DNA of 64,000 nt, taken from NCBI GenBank assembly GCA_021613535.1, contig CP075494.1, forward strand, positions 15,500,001-15,564,000. The letters are read 5' to 3'. Position numbers and translations under genes: made by a program. Every line of letters begins with the position of its first letter. Positions within the stretch are counted from its first letter, which is position 1. Shown in pieces: positions 42,790 through 55,912 of this stretch. The notes beneath the pieces are model-generated. The model was not told the DNA's origin, made no database searches, and was given only the letters and a program-made list of their open reading frames with translations. Origin of the DNA: Adineta vaga. Taxonomy: Eukaryota > Animalia > Rotifera.

Positions 42790-44042
42790 TCAACGAGATT
42801 TCGATGAATTTCCTTTATCATGAGGAAATACAAACCAAGGTGGAAAATAATGTTCTCGTATACAATTTTGTGAAGGAACAGGATAATTTAAATCATGAAT
42901 AACATTTCCACCAGCTAACCATGCTGCCCACCAACCATAACTACCTGCTGTAACAATTGTATGTTCACATAAAGCTAATGCAGCTAGATCATCACCCGAA
43001 AAAAACGATTTCGGAGTAATAAAAACATCGGTATTATTTCCTAGATTTGTTTTAGCATAATCTTTATCATCACTTGCAATTAAAAATCGACAATTGATAT
43101 ACTTTCTACGATAATAATTCATTGCATATGTTAAATATTCAACACTTGTATCAATTTTAAAGAAGGTTAAAAAATCACCACGACGAATATGAATCGCAAT
43201 CCATGTTACAGGTATCAATGGAATTGCTGGATTTATTAATAAAGATTTTAAATATTCATGAGTGACATTTTCATTTGTATAATTACTCATATTCATCGGA
43301 ATATTCCAAACAGCTAAAATAGAAAGACTATGAAAGAAGAGAATTTTATATTTCTAAGCAAACCTTTGAGTAATTGTTCGACTAATGGAATATTCGTTTT
43401 AATTGGTGCTTGCTTAAATTGAAATAAATAAGAGATTTCATGTTTATATTTAACAAAATAACCAAATGATTGATAAAATCCAATCATTTCATATTTTGTT
43501 AAATTCTCTTTCAGAGGAACGCGTAAAAGATCATCAAATAAAGTACATGAACTATATCTTCCAAATAAACCCGGTTCTTTTAGAATTGAATCTCGTGTTA
43601 TTAGATGAACTGGTGTATGATGTAAATTCACAGTAAATATTGTACGAAGATCTGTTAGAATCCATGGTGCGACATAAAGTTCACATTGATGAAGACGTGC
43701 TAAACCATATGCACTGGCGAATAAAAACATTCGATTTCCAATTGCTCCATCCGCTGTTCGAATAACGATTAAACACGAAGGTTTTTGTGCACGATTGAAA
43801 ACTTTTGGAATAAATTGCGAAAGAAATTTTTCATTAACAATTGGTAAAGGTCGAACTACGATCTTATTGAATGAGGAATTTTTATTGATATAAACAATTG
43901 TTGATCCTAATCGATTTTCTTTAAATGAAAGATAATAGATGATAAATAAGATTGTCAATATACAACCAAAAACGGTGATAAATTTCGTTATAGTAAATCG
44001 CGATTGAATCAAATGATATTTCGCAAGAATATAATTCTTCAT
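42790..44042 (-). CDS. Alpha-1,2-fucosyltransferase (GT11), type II membrane protein, one intron near 43315..43362
   Basis: N-terminal TM helix; GAIGNRMFLFASAYGLAR, IAIHIRRGDF, DLAALALCEHTIVTAGSYGWWAAWLAGG. Confidence 0.9.
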
Positions 44043-45146
44043 TAATAGAAATTTTTTCAAGATTTTTTTCTCTTTCACCTTATCAATGTAACATGTTGTT
44101 ATTCAACAGCCAATGGAACTATTCAGATGCCGGCTTACTCTTTCCTTTTTTTTGCTCATTCATTCATTCTTTTACTTTTTTCTTTTTTTATGTAAAATTA
44201 TGATGAAGTCTTATGCATTATGCTTGAAAAGAAGCATAACAGAAGAAAAAGAAAGGAGAATGAAGGTTTTAAATTCTCTTTTCAACTCATGTTCGGATAT
44301 CAGGGAAAGAAATTTCTTTTTAAAAAGAAACTTTTTTTTCTTCCTATTTGCAACGTTTTTCATCCATTGAAAACAATGCTCGTTAAAATGAAGAGAATTT
44401 ATACAATAGCAATTTTTATCGTTAAACACTTTTGTAGATTAAAATACTCTATTATCGATCTAATACTTAGATCAATTGAAATGAATAGCATTAGTAATTA
44501 GATGTACGAAATAGTTGATTGTTATTTCAATCAATGTTTTTGAAGAAACTTTTTCAATTAGTCGCATATGATAACCTTGATGTTCACTATCATCAATCAT
44601 CAACTATGATAGTTCCCTTATAACAACGTATCAATTTACAAATAACGTATAGATACGCTTATTAAAAATATAATTAACTCGTCGAACATCGAATTACAGG
44701 TATTTATTCAACTGTTTAGACGATTTTCAATGACTTAATATGACATTTACATTTGCAATTGAGTCACACGAAACGATGTGTCGATAAAACCATTTCATTT
44801 TCGGAAGTATCTAAACGATATGAACATTTCATAAATTTAAAGTTGATGTCGAATGATTGTCTTTAAACAATCCTCTGCTATTAATTATTTCTAATAATAT
44901 TGTGGTTTATCACATAGTTTACGCATGACTACCTCAAGCACCACCATCATCAACAAAAAAGAAAAAGAAAAAGAAGAAAACGAGACGAATAGAAAAAACA
45001 GCAATGTATCACTGTCGTCATGATTGGCTCCTTATATTTCAAACATAGCAAGGATTCATATATGCATATATTTCTACCTAGTCATATAGTGTAAACAAAC
45101 AAATCGTAACTATTAACCTTCGAAAGATATTTTACACAATATAATC

Positions 45147-46382
45147 ATGTCGAAAAAAGCGACCCCAACGGATTTATCTTCGTCGGAATTCAATGATGAA
45201 ACAACTTCATCGGATGATCAAGGAAGACGATCAACAAAAAGACGATCGAAGAAAAATTCAATTAAAAATTATGTGAGTGATGTTGTAACGAAACGCGATA
45301 GTGATGAGGGACAGACAACAGATTTAACACAAACGAAAATTAAAATCGAACCAACAGCTGATTCGTTTCGAAATTATGAAAATGCATCTGCTTTTCGTCA
45401 TTATCCATCGCATGCAGAAGGTACAACTAGGACGGATGCTCAACGAGAACAAGGACGAAGTTCCAGTAGTGACGAAGAAACAAGACGTGATCCAATAACA
45501 GAAAATGTAAAGGAAAAACTATCGCAAATAGAATAGATCTCCTTTGTTTTCTTTTTGTACGTTTAGTCAGGTGATGCTGATGATTCAATTGCGGAATTAA
45601 ATCTAGATCCTAATCCAATCTTTGAACAACGTGAAAGTGGTGAACAAATATATAAACAAAAAGTTTATCTACGTCAATTACAACCACCAACACCTCAACC
45701 ATTAGATATTCAAGTACAAGAAATTCTTATTCCATCACAAACACAAAAAGCACCTATACATGTTCATGTTGGCCATCGTGAACCTCGAACTCCCTCGCCA
45801 ATTGTCATTAAAAGCGCACCACCACCACCACCTCCAAGCACAGAACCAGATCATCCCATTGTTTACAATAAATATGTTCCACCGCCAAAACAACCACCAC
45901 AGCAGGTCACGTTTCTCACTTGTTTTAATCAATAGAACGATGCATCATTCATTTCTTTTAGATCATTATCCATCGTCATCCAGATATGCCACCTAAACCA
46001 CGTATGTTTTTATCTTATAAATTCTCATTCAATGATAAAAATTTGTTTTAAAATAGGTCCAATTATTGTTGAACAATGGTTACCATATAAACCAGCACCG
46101 AAACGAATTATTAAACATTCTCTACCACGTGAAGCACTTCAAACTCCTCCACCACCACATAATGTACTTGTATCTTATTCTAAGCCGCGTGCAATTATTG
46201 AAGTTGAACTCGTTCGTTTACCCGTGGTTAAAATCGATCCTCAAATCTATCAACAAATGACTGCTAATGGACTTCTAGACGCCATGCAATACGCTCCATT
46301 TCAACATGAACAGCAATATTTTTCAAAAGATCGACAAGCACGTGTAGCTAATGATTCTAATCAAATTAATTGGCGTATTTAA
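45147..46382 (+). CDS. Proline-rich hypothetical protein, 4 exons
   Basis: Spliced frame includes DPNPIF, YLRQLQPPTPQPLDIQVQE, PIVIKSAPPPPP, PPQQIIIHRHPDMPPKPRPIIVEQWLPYKPAPKRII. Confidence 0.75.
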
Positions 46383-47527
46383 AATATTGAATAAATTAGT
46401 TTCATTTCAACTTTCATTTTATTCAGTAAAAATCACGAAAAACAAAATGTGCACATGAATTTTCTAATTTGACTAAGAATAATATTTTCATATTATATCC
46501 GAATAATATGACGGCAACAACTGATATCGATTTGCTAACAAACGGAGTAAAAATAATTTTTTACTGATTGTTGTAATGATAGACTATAAGTTAACATACG
46601 ACTTCACAATTATCTTGATATCCTTTCACGGTTGACTTCTCATTATATTTCAATCATTTGATTAATCGAAAGCGAGAGACTAACTGAAAATCAAAATGAT
46701 GAATGTGTAAAAGCTATCTATAATTAATAGATTATCAAATCAAAATCATTCACATAAATGAATCAATCTTTTGCAAAATAACTTGGTGAATTTACTAACA
46801 GTTAATTCGTGTATACAGAAAAGATAATAGTGAACTTCAAAAAATTCGATAAGAAAAATGTTAACTAAACTCGTGCATTCTCATCAGTATTTTTTTATTA
46901 CTCTACTTTGTAATTAATTTTTTATTGTCATAAAATACAGATGTTTTCTTCCTGATTGATTTAGTAAAAAGAGAAATGTATTGAAAAAGAATTAGAGAAA
47001 TAACGATTAGCGATATTTTGAACAATTAAAATGAAATTAATTAATTAAAGAGAGAATGGAAAGGAAAGAGTAGAAATATAACATCATGCAACAAGTCCAA
47101 AGGATACTTATGTGTCGCTTATCTTTGTTGATATACTAATATCTATCTTTAAACTTATAACTAATGGGAGTTTTTTTTGCTTTGTACGCGATGTGATTGA
47201 CCTCCAAATAGATAATGTAAGAGAGTAGACGATTGTTGCCATTTTTATCATATATATAATGCTATATGTAGAAAAATGTGCTAGATACATGTTTCATGTA
47301 AATACACTTCTAATAGTAAATCAATTGATGAAAATCCAAAAGACAAAGATTAGCAAATTCACCATCGTTGTTGGACTTATCGTCAGTAAAAAAAAAGTAC
47401 TTTTTACGCTATTCATTTTGAAAAACTTGTTGAGTGCAAATAAACTATTCTTGTTTTTGTTTTTTTTGAAGAAGATGTTCTTAGATTTTATTATTAATTA
47501 TTAAAAAAGAAACTACTTATCAAATAT

Positions 47528-49035
47528 TCAAAGATTTTCTTTTAAATATTCTACAACATCATTAAGCATTTTGTGAGCAATATCTAATTCGAATAATCCA
47601 TCTAAGAATGTTAATGAGCCATGAAATGTATTTTCAAAATGATGATGCACAACTTTTACTCCATTCGCTTTCAAACGACCTGCATATATAAATCCTTCAT
47701 CTCTTAATCGATCATGATCAACTGTTAAAACATAAGTCGGTGGTAATTTTGCTAAATCTTTATTGTCAACTAATAATGGTGAAATATCTCGTTGTAAGAC
47801 TAATTCAGCATTTTTAATTAATTCCGGATTTCCCTCCATCTGATCAGTAATTGGTTCTTTATAAATTTGTCTATATTTCTTTGGAATTAATGACCAATCA
47901 ACATATTGACGATATTTCTTTCTTTGTTCAATACTTGTATGATTATTCATGAGAATATCATCACTAATACTTTTGCCGGTATATAATTCAAGAACTTGAC
48001 CGCCTCTTCCGAAATGAAAGATATGTAATGCTGGTGTTAAATAAGATGGAACCATAAAATCAAAGAATTGAACAACAGGATAGATTAATACTTGAAGACG
48101 TGGAGTATTTTCACTGATTTGTTTACTTGCAAATCGCATAGCAATCACAGCAGCTAAATTACCACCTATAAATATTGTCAAGAAAATGATAAAATGAATA
48201 GTATGAAAGGGAGATTATATGTACCAGCTGAATCTCCTGCTATAGCAATACGTTTAGCGTCAATGCTGAATTTTTTTGCATTGTTTGTATCGAGAAGATA
48301 TTTCGTTACTTTCATACAATCATCAAGTCCAGCAGGAAAATAATGTTCAGGTGCAAGACGATATCTTTGAAAAGAGAATCTTCCTATTTAAATAAACTAT
48401 GAATCGATCGATCTTTACTTACTCAACAGATATTACAATATAACCAGATTGACGAGCTAAATCTCGTGTGATGGGATGATGAGTTTCTAAAATGGAAGGA
48501 AATTTTTGATGAAAAATTAGATTCAATATTTCATACCAACAGAACCCATATAAAATGCTCCTCCATGATAGAAAATAACAGCTGGAAGAAGTTTTGTTTT
48601 GTCACTTTTTAAATTAAGTGGCGAGTAGATTCGTACAGGTACTTCTTCAATAGTTGTATTGCGAATCTATCGAAAAAAAAACTCATTTAATAATACACGA
48701 AAAACAAACACTATTGGTTTCTACGATACGTCTAAATCAGTAGCAACTTCTGGTGGTTTTAATTTCTTCAAGATAAAACCACTATTTCGTTGAATATACC
48801 AAGCAGGAGCAAAACCCAATGTTTCAGAGACTTGACCCTACCAATGTAAAATGAATGAAACAATTTCGAAGAACATCGAACTTACAACAAAACTGATTAT
48901 TTTCATCGAAGCGCTAAGTAAACGAATACGATCCATTTGTTCCACACCTTCACTATTTGGTACCTGATACAAATATGCAACTAAGCCTGCAAAAATAGTA
49001 CTAATAAGTACTAAACGCGAAAATTTTCCAGCCAT
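47528..49035 (-). CDS. Arylacetamide deacetylase / NCEH1-like hormone-sensitive-lipase family hydrolase, multi-exon
   Basis: N-terminal anchor, VPVRIYSP, FYHGGAF, YRLAPEHYFPAGLDDC, IAGDSAGGNLAA, DRLRDEG, HG. Confidence 0.9.
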
Positions 49036-49931
49036 ATTGTAACAAAACGATGCAAATCGTAAACTCTGTTGAAATGAATCGATAGAAAGAGAAGAAAATT
49101 TTACACGTGAAATAGATAGAAAACAAATATTTACATCGTTTTTATATCAATGTTCTCTTTCGTTAAGTGTAATATCCAAATGACTTTGAAAACTTTTCGT
49201 ACGTTCTGGTTATGAAAAGTACAAAGGTGAAAGTGTCATTGTATTCGAAACGAACATTGAAGTATGCTATAACGAAAACAAGTTCATTGCAAATCTATTG
49301 ATAGATCATAACATTTCACTTTACAGTCACAAGATTAAAACGTCATTTGCAGAAATTTGATAATCTTTCATAAAAGTTCAATATACAAACAATGAGTCAC
49401 TTGAACAGAATTAGAAATTATTTTTGAACAATATAATTTGTTTTCATATTGATATCCAATGATTACCAACATTCGATATGGTCATCTATTGATTCTTTTT
49501 CTAGACCATAATCTAGGCAAAAGTACAGTCTCTTATTCTCGAAGAACAAAAAGAAAAGAGAACGTGTATACGAGAGTGAGTGAGAGAGAGAGATTAAACC
49601 GACGTACTACATTCATCTTAGTATATTACCCATTTTTTATCTTCTGCGTACATAATATAGAAGGTCAGTCTATATAATATCCGACGACACTGAATACTTG
49701 TGGTTTTTTTCTCTTCTGAACTTATTTTCTTGACTCGTCCGGCGAGGGTGTTCGTCACATCAAGATAGATATATAGTCGTTCATTTCAGTCGATAGACAA
49801 TTTCATGCACATATAGATTTTTTTTTCTCATTGAAACGATAGATGAATGTACAGTTTTCTAATACATCTTCTTTGATTTATTTTTTCAGTTTTGTATATT
49901 AATAACTTCGTAGTTTTTTTTTCTTCGATAA

Positions 49932-52900
49932 ATGTCATCGAATAAGGGTCGAGATTATCCAGACGGTAAGATTTCATTTATTTAGAAAAATAATTCTTCA
50001 ACTATTATCGTTTATAGATGATGCTGACCGAGATTACCAATCTTCTAAACGTGGTAAGTAATGATTCGACTATCGTAGCAAGAGACATATGTCTATGAAA
50101 ATGTCTTTTAGCTCGTACAAGTCGTATCGATGAACTTTCATCTGATTATTCTCATCGTCGTTCTCATTCATCAACTGGTGTAATTGATGATAAATCGAAA
50201 TTAAATGGCCCAATCGATAATGGTTCATATTATGTTGCACCCAAACCATCATCTGATGCTGGAAGTGATAGTAAAAAACGTTCTCGTTCACTTGTTCGTC
50301 CAACTATTCGTTCAGCTGTACCAAATACTCAAATAACTACTATTGCCAAACGACCATCTCAATCCGGTCGAGGTAATTCATATCCTTTACTTTTTCTTCT
50401 ATTGTTCATTTCTTATTTCAGCCGGTCAACGAGTTGAACTTTATACAAATCATTTTCAAATCAACTTTTCTAAACGAGCCAATGATGTTATTCTCTATCA
50501 ATTTGATGTTGATGTTGAACTTCTCATGCGTGATGGTTCATGGCGTTCATGTCGAAAAGATGAACGTTTACAAGTTCTTAAAACAATTCTTGAACAAGAA
50601 CATTTTCCACTTGTTTGGTATGATGAAGGAAAGAATTTATATTCAATTGAAAATTTAACATTAAATTATAAAAAAGAATATCAATGTGAAATAACTCATA
50701 AGAAAACAGAACGAAAAAATAAATTTCGTTTTCTATTAATCAATTTGGTCAAAACTTATGAATTAAAAACGATCTTTGATTTTATACAAAAACGAATCGA
50801 TGTTCGACCACATGATCCTGTTCGAATTCTTGAAACATTATTCAAACAAACACAACGATCTGAAATGATTACAATTAAAAATCAATCTTATCCAAAACAT
50901 CAACGTTTAGATGATCTAGGTGATGGTCGTGGTCTAGCAGCTGGATTTTATCAAGCCATTGTTCTTGGTGAACGTGGTCCAACATTAAATATTAACAACA
51001 CATTTTGTTGTTTTTATCAAAATTATAATTTAGTTGAATTTCTTTCTTGTTACTTGAATCATGATATTCGACGACATGGCATTCCATCAAAAGATCAACC
51101 ATTACTTGTTCGAAAGGTTCTCAAATCACTTTGGTTTGTTACAACACATACAAATAGAGTTCGTCGATATCGTTTGAAATCTTTCGGTCGTCCAGCTGAT
51201 GAACATAGATTTAGAAGAAAGAAGGCGATCAAATCACTGTTGCTGATTACTTTCATGATAAATGGAATATTCGTTTACGTCATCCGCATTTACCTGTCGT
51301 GGAACTTTATAATCCAGCTGATAAAAATCAAACAAATTTCTTACCAATGGAATTAGTTACTGTTGATGAATGGCAACGAAGTTTAAAAGCGTTAACAACT
51401 GAACAACGTGCAAAAGTTACGAAGAAAACTGTTGTTCGTCCTGGTGAACGCTATGGAATGATTCGACGTGTTGCTGATGAACGTCATTTTAATCAAGATT
51501 CGTATTTAGAAAAATTTGGTTTAACTGTTGATGTTAATGAAATGTTATTAGTACCAGCAAGACTTTTACCAGCACCAGAAATTAAATATAAATCATCACG
51601 TGATGGTCAAGGTGATGCGGTTGAACGTGTCCAAATTGGTAAATGGTGGTTAAATAATCGTTTTAATAAAGCACGTGAAATACGAACATGGGCAGTTGTT
51701 CTTGTTAGTCAACGTGAACCAGATGATCGACAAATTCGTTTAGCAAGAGATTTTGCTCGTCGACTTCCACAGGTTGGATTTTTCATAGGAAATAAAAAGT
51801 GTATATTTTTGATTTTATATTTTAGGCAATGTCGAAATATGGAGTTCAACTTAGTTCATCACCTATTGAAAAATCAGATGCTGCTGTACCACAAACAATT
51901 CTTGCTCGTATGAATGAACTCAAAATACAAGGATGCGAAGTTATTATTTATATTCTCAATCAAGTTGGTGATGACATTTATCATGCAATTAAATTCTTTG
52001 GCAATGTTAAACTTGGTATGGTTACACAATGCACACGTTTTGATCGACTTATGTCAAATAGTGATCCTCGTAAAATGGATATGTATATTCAAAATTTGGT
52101 ACAAAAATTCAATGCAAAATTAGGTGGTGTAAATCAACTTGTTTCATTAATGCGTGCATTAACATCTCCATCAGCTCGTTCCGATATTTTTATGTTTTTT
52201 GGTATCGATTGTACGCACATTACAGTTCACGTGAACGACCATCGATTGCTGCTATTATTGGTTCAAAAGATTCAACAAGTACACAATATGCTGGTCGTGT
52301 TGTACAACAATTTTCACCCAAAGGAAAAATTGCTTTGGAAATTATTAAAGATCTTCATATACTTGTTGGTGAATTAATTCGTGAATTTTCCAATCATAAT
52401 TCACGTTTACCAAATAAACTTGTCTTCTATCGTGCTGGTGTTGATGATGGATCATTTCAAAAAGTACTTGATAATGAATTAAAAGCTATTCAACGAGCAT
52501 GTTCCGAATTATATGGTCATAATCAATTACCTCAAATTTGTTTTGTAGTCGTTAAAAAACGACATAATACTCGATTTTTTACTTGGGATAAACAAACTAA
52601 TCAAACAAACAATATTCAACCAGGTAAAATCATCTGAATAAAACAAATGATTTCTATTCTTTATATTGAATCTCCGTTATTTTAGGAACAGTTATTGATA
52701 CCGATATTGTTTCACCGAATGGTTTTGATTTTTATCTTAATTCTCATGCAGCTATTCAAGGTACATCACGACCAATGCTTTATCAAGTTTTATATGATGA
52801 AATTGGATTTACATCAGATGATATTCAACAATTAACGTAAGAGAAATTTCAATAATATATCTGATTGAAGAATCTTTTCTTTTGTAGTTATTATCTATGT

Positions 52901-53206
52901 CATACTGATGTTCGATGTACAAAAGCTGTATCTGTTCCCGCACCAGTTCATTATGCAACACTTTGTGTTTCGCGTGGTCTCAATCTTGATTATGAAGGAC
53001 AAATGGCAAATGAGCAACGTAGTATTGCTACGTAAGTTTTTCTCAATATGAAATTTCTTTCGAATATGAAAATGTTTGTTTTTTCATTTAGATCTGATTT
53101 AGATGAAGCATTATTGGATGATGATGTTGTTGTAACATTAGATGATGTTCAAACAACAAAGATTGATTTTAATCCATTAATCGAAAACACAATGTGGTTT
53201 GCATAG
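49932..53206 (+). CDS. AGO: Divergent Argonaute (N-PAZ-MID-PIWI), predicted slicer-inactive, with two apparent frameshifts (~51213-51220 and ~52225); possible pseudogene
   Basis: [115 protein letters not shown]. Confidence 0.93.
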
Positions 53207-54425
53207 ACTTTAGTAATCTTTTCTTTTTGTTTTTTGTATATAAATATTTTTTCTTTGCTGTTAATTAGCTTTTGGTCAATATGACCATATGCATTTGCTT
53301 GAGTTTGTTTTCTTTTTCTATTTGTTACTGTTTGGTTTTTCTCTTTTTCACTTTTTCTTTTGTTTTGTGAATGTAACTGGTGATATATTTGATTAGATGA
53401 TAAAATTGATTGACCATTCAATGAAAAATTTCATTCTTTTTTTCTTTGATGAATTCATATGCAACATGAATACAAAAAATAGTAGGGTTTGATTATATGC
53501 TATAATGAATTAACATCCGTAGCATAATAACATAGACGTGAAAAGAGAGAAAGATTCATCAGAATTATGCTGTTTCATTTCTTCAAAAGTATAAAGTTAT
53601 GAAAAACCCCTTATCAAGTATATTTGGTTGGACAAGATTTTCTTAAATGAATTTATGACTGTCTAAGGTAAGAGTCATTCATCAATTGGTTATAACAAAA
53701 ATTCTGTTATATTGATTGGTTACTAGTACCCCAATTCGACATATCAAGAGTATGGTCAAGAATGTATCTCTTAAAATAATAGTATTCGAAAATAAGCGTC
53801 CAGTATTTAACACTTTAAATTCTAGTGAAACTTCAGTTAGTAAGATGATGATGACGTACGCATTAAACAAAATGAACTATGCACAATGAAGGAAGAAAAC
53901 GAAGATCGCCATTTACTATCCAATCTATTATACAACAATAGAGACCGAACAATATTTATCTCTTTCATTTTGTTCTCACGAAATTCTTTTTATACTTTGT
54001 GAATGAATAGATGTTCAATTTCATTAATTATCAAACCTATCAAATTCATTTGAAAAAGCAATTTCTTTTTTAGAATTCTGATGTCTTCATTTTGTTTCTT
54101 TGTTGAGATATAACAAATATGATAGATTATTGTAAGGAAAATAATAAGTTATATGAATGTTTTATTCAAGGGCGAAATAGCGGATCCTGCCAGATCCTAG
54201 GATCTGTCGAGATCCAATAAAATTTGTAGTATCCACTTCTTTCTCTTTTATTGTAGTGAGTGAATGTTATTTCTTTCATTCGTATTGATGTTTATTGACA
54301 TTTTATTTTCTTTGTCCATTGTTTTCTTTCGTCAGATTACCTTCTTCATTGATGAAACATGTGCATGAGTCATGATTTGTATATAAACAAGATATGTTTT
54401 TCGTTCTATTTTATCATAATAGGAA

Positions 54426-55912
54426 ATGGATACTTCCGTTATTCAATTCGTTTTAGAAACACTTCAATTAAAAGAAAATGATGTAACAAATATTTATCAT
54501 CATGGTTCCTGGATTTATGGTACGAATTCACCAAAATCAGATCGTGATCTTCTTATTGTAACACGTTTATCGAATAAGCATGCATTAAAATTTTGGAATG
54601 ATTTCGAATATTTTCATGAAGTATTGCAACATTATAAAATCTTGGAAAAATATGATATTTGTATTTATACAGCTGAAGAATTTAAAATTTTATTAGAAAA
54701 AAATTATTTAATAGCTGTACAATGTATTTTCTTACCCAATGAATTTCAATTAAAAAATGAAATTGATTTTCAAAGAATCTATCTAGACAAATATTATGAT
54801 AAAATGAAAATTAAACGAGCAGGATTTTACGAAATGTATCGAGATTGGAAATTATATAAACCAGAAAGTGATATTTTACACGATTCTACAATAGATGAAA
54901 GATATTTATCAAAACGAGATTATATTTTAAAACATTTCTTTCATGGTCTAAGATATTTAGATTTTTCTGATCAATTAATTCGAACCCAATCAATTTATGA
55001 TTATCGACGTATTACTAATATTTTTTATCAAATGAAAGAAATTCTTAATAATTCAACTAATTTAGAACGGTAAGATTAAGGGAACCTTTCTCCTAACCAT
55101 TGTTTTTCGTAGAAACATATAGAGTTCGAAGGCCTATCTACTCTGAAAGTTTCAAGAGTTTTCGCCCGATGTTCCTTAAAAACGCCGGAAAGTGGGGGAT
55201 TGCTTAATAGAAAATATTTCTTTTTAGTGTAGCAACATTTGTTGATTCAAAAAGAATTGAATTTCAATCACGACTTGATGAACTTATGCCAACAAATAAT
55301 ATCAAAGGATTCTTTGAAGTATCTGTTACATTTAATTGTTCCGACAATATTGAAAATTTGAAAAAACTATGCGAAAATACTCGATATAAATTTCAATCGG
55401 AACAAATGATTATATCAGTGGAATATGAAGGAGAATATCCATTCATTGTTAAACAAATTGAAAAAGAAATTTATGAGTTCTTTCAAGATTTTAATATTGA
55501 ATATATTCAAATTGAATCATTAATATCAAATGAAGGTATACCTGAAACATCTCTTGAGAGAAAACTATTTTGGAATAAAACATTTTATTTTACATTTTAT
55601 TATCAAATACCATTCGAAAAAGATCAAAAAGGATTTACAATGAAAAAAATTATTAATATTTGTCGATCAAAATATGGTTTGAATTTAAATGATTTCAATT
55701 TATTACATAATCAATTAAATTTAATCAAAGATAATAAAATTCATTATATTAATATTGTCAACATATTCAATGTCAGTCGAGAAAAAGCAATGGAAATACA
55801 TGATGATATTATGAAATATTCTAAAGAACACTATTTATCATTAATATTAGTCAAACAAATGTTTGTAGTTTATGAGAAGAATCATCATTCTTATGGTACT
55901 TGTCAACCTTAA
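54426..55912 (+). CDS. Pol-beta-superfamily nucleotidyltransferase fused to an uncharacterised C-terminal domain (~442 aa; intron 55070..55227); candidate horizontally acquired gene
   Basis: HHGSWIYGTNSPKSDRDLLIV (hGS..DxD), third Asp in YDICIY, helical KHFFHGLRYL. The intron joins the 215-aa and 208-aa ORFs in frame (LER/VATFVDSKRIEFQSRLDELMPTN). Confidence 0.8.
55076..55179. mobile_element. Short MITE-like insertion in the NTase intron
   Basis: Ends ttaagggaac / gttccttaa are near-inverted; removal leaves a typical ~55-nt intron. Confidence 0.4.

Noticed and set aside
51205-51225. Programmed -1 ribosomal frameshift in Argonaute
   Set aside because: No canonical slippery heptamer or evident downstream structure; kept only as an unexplained frameshift.
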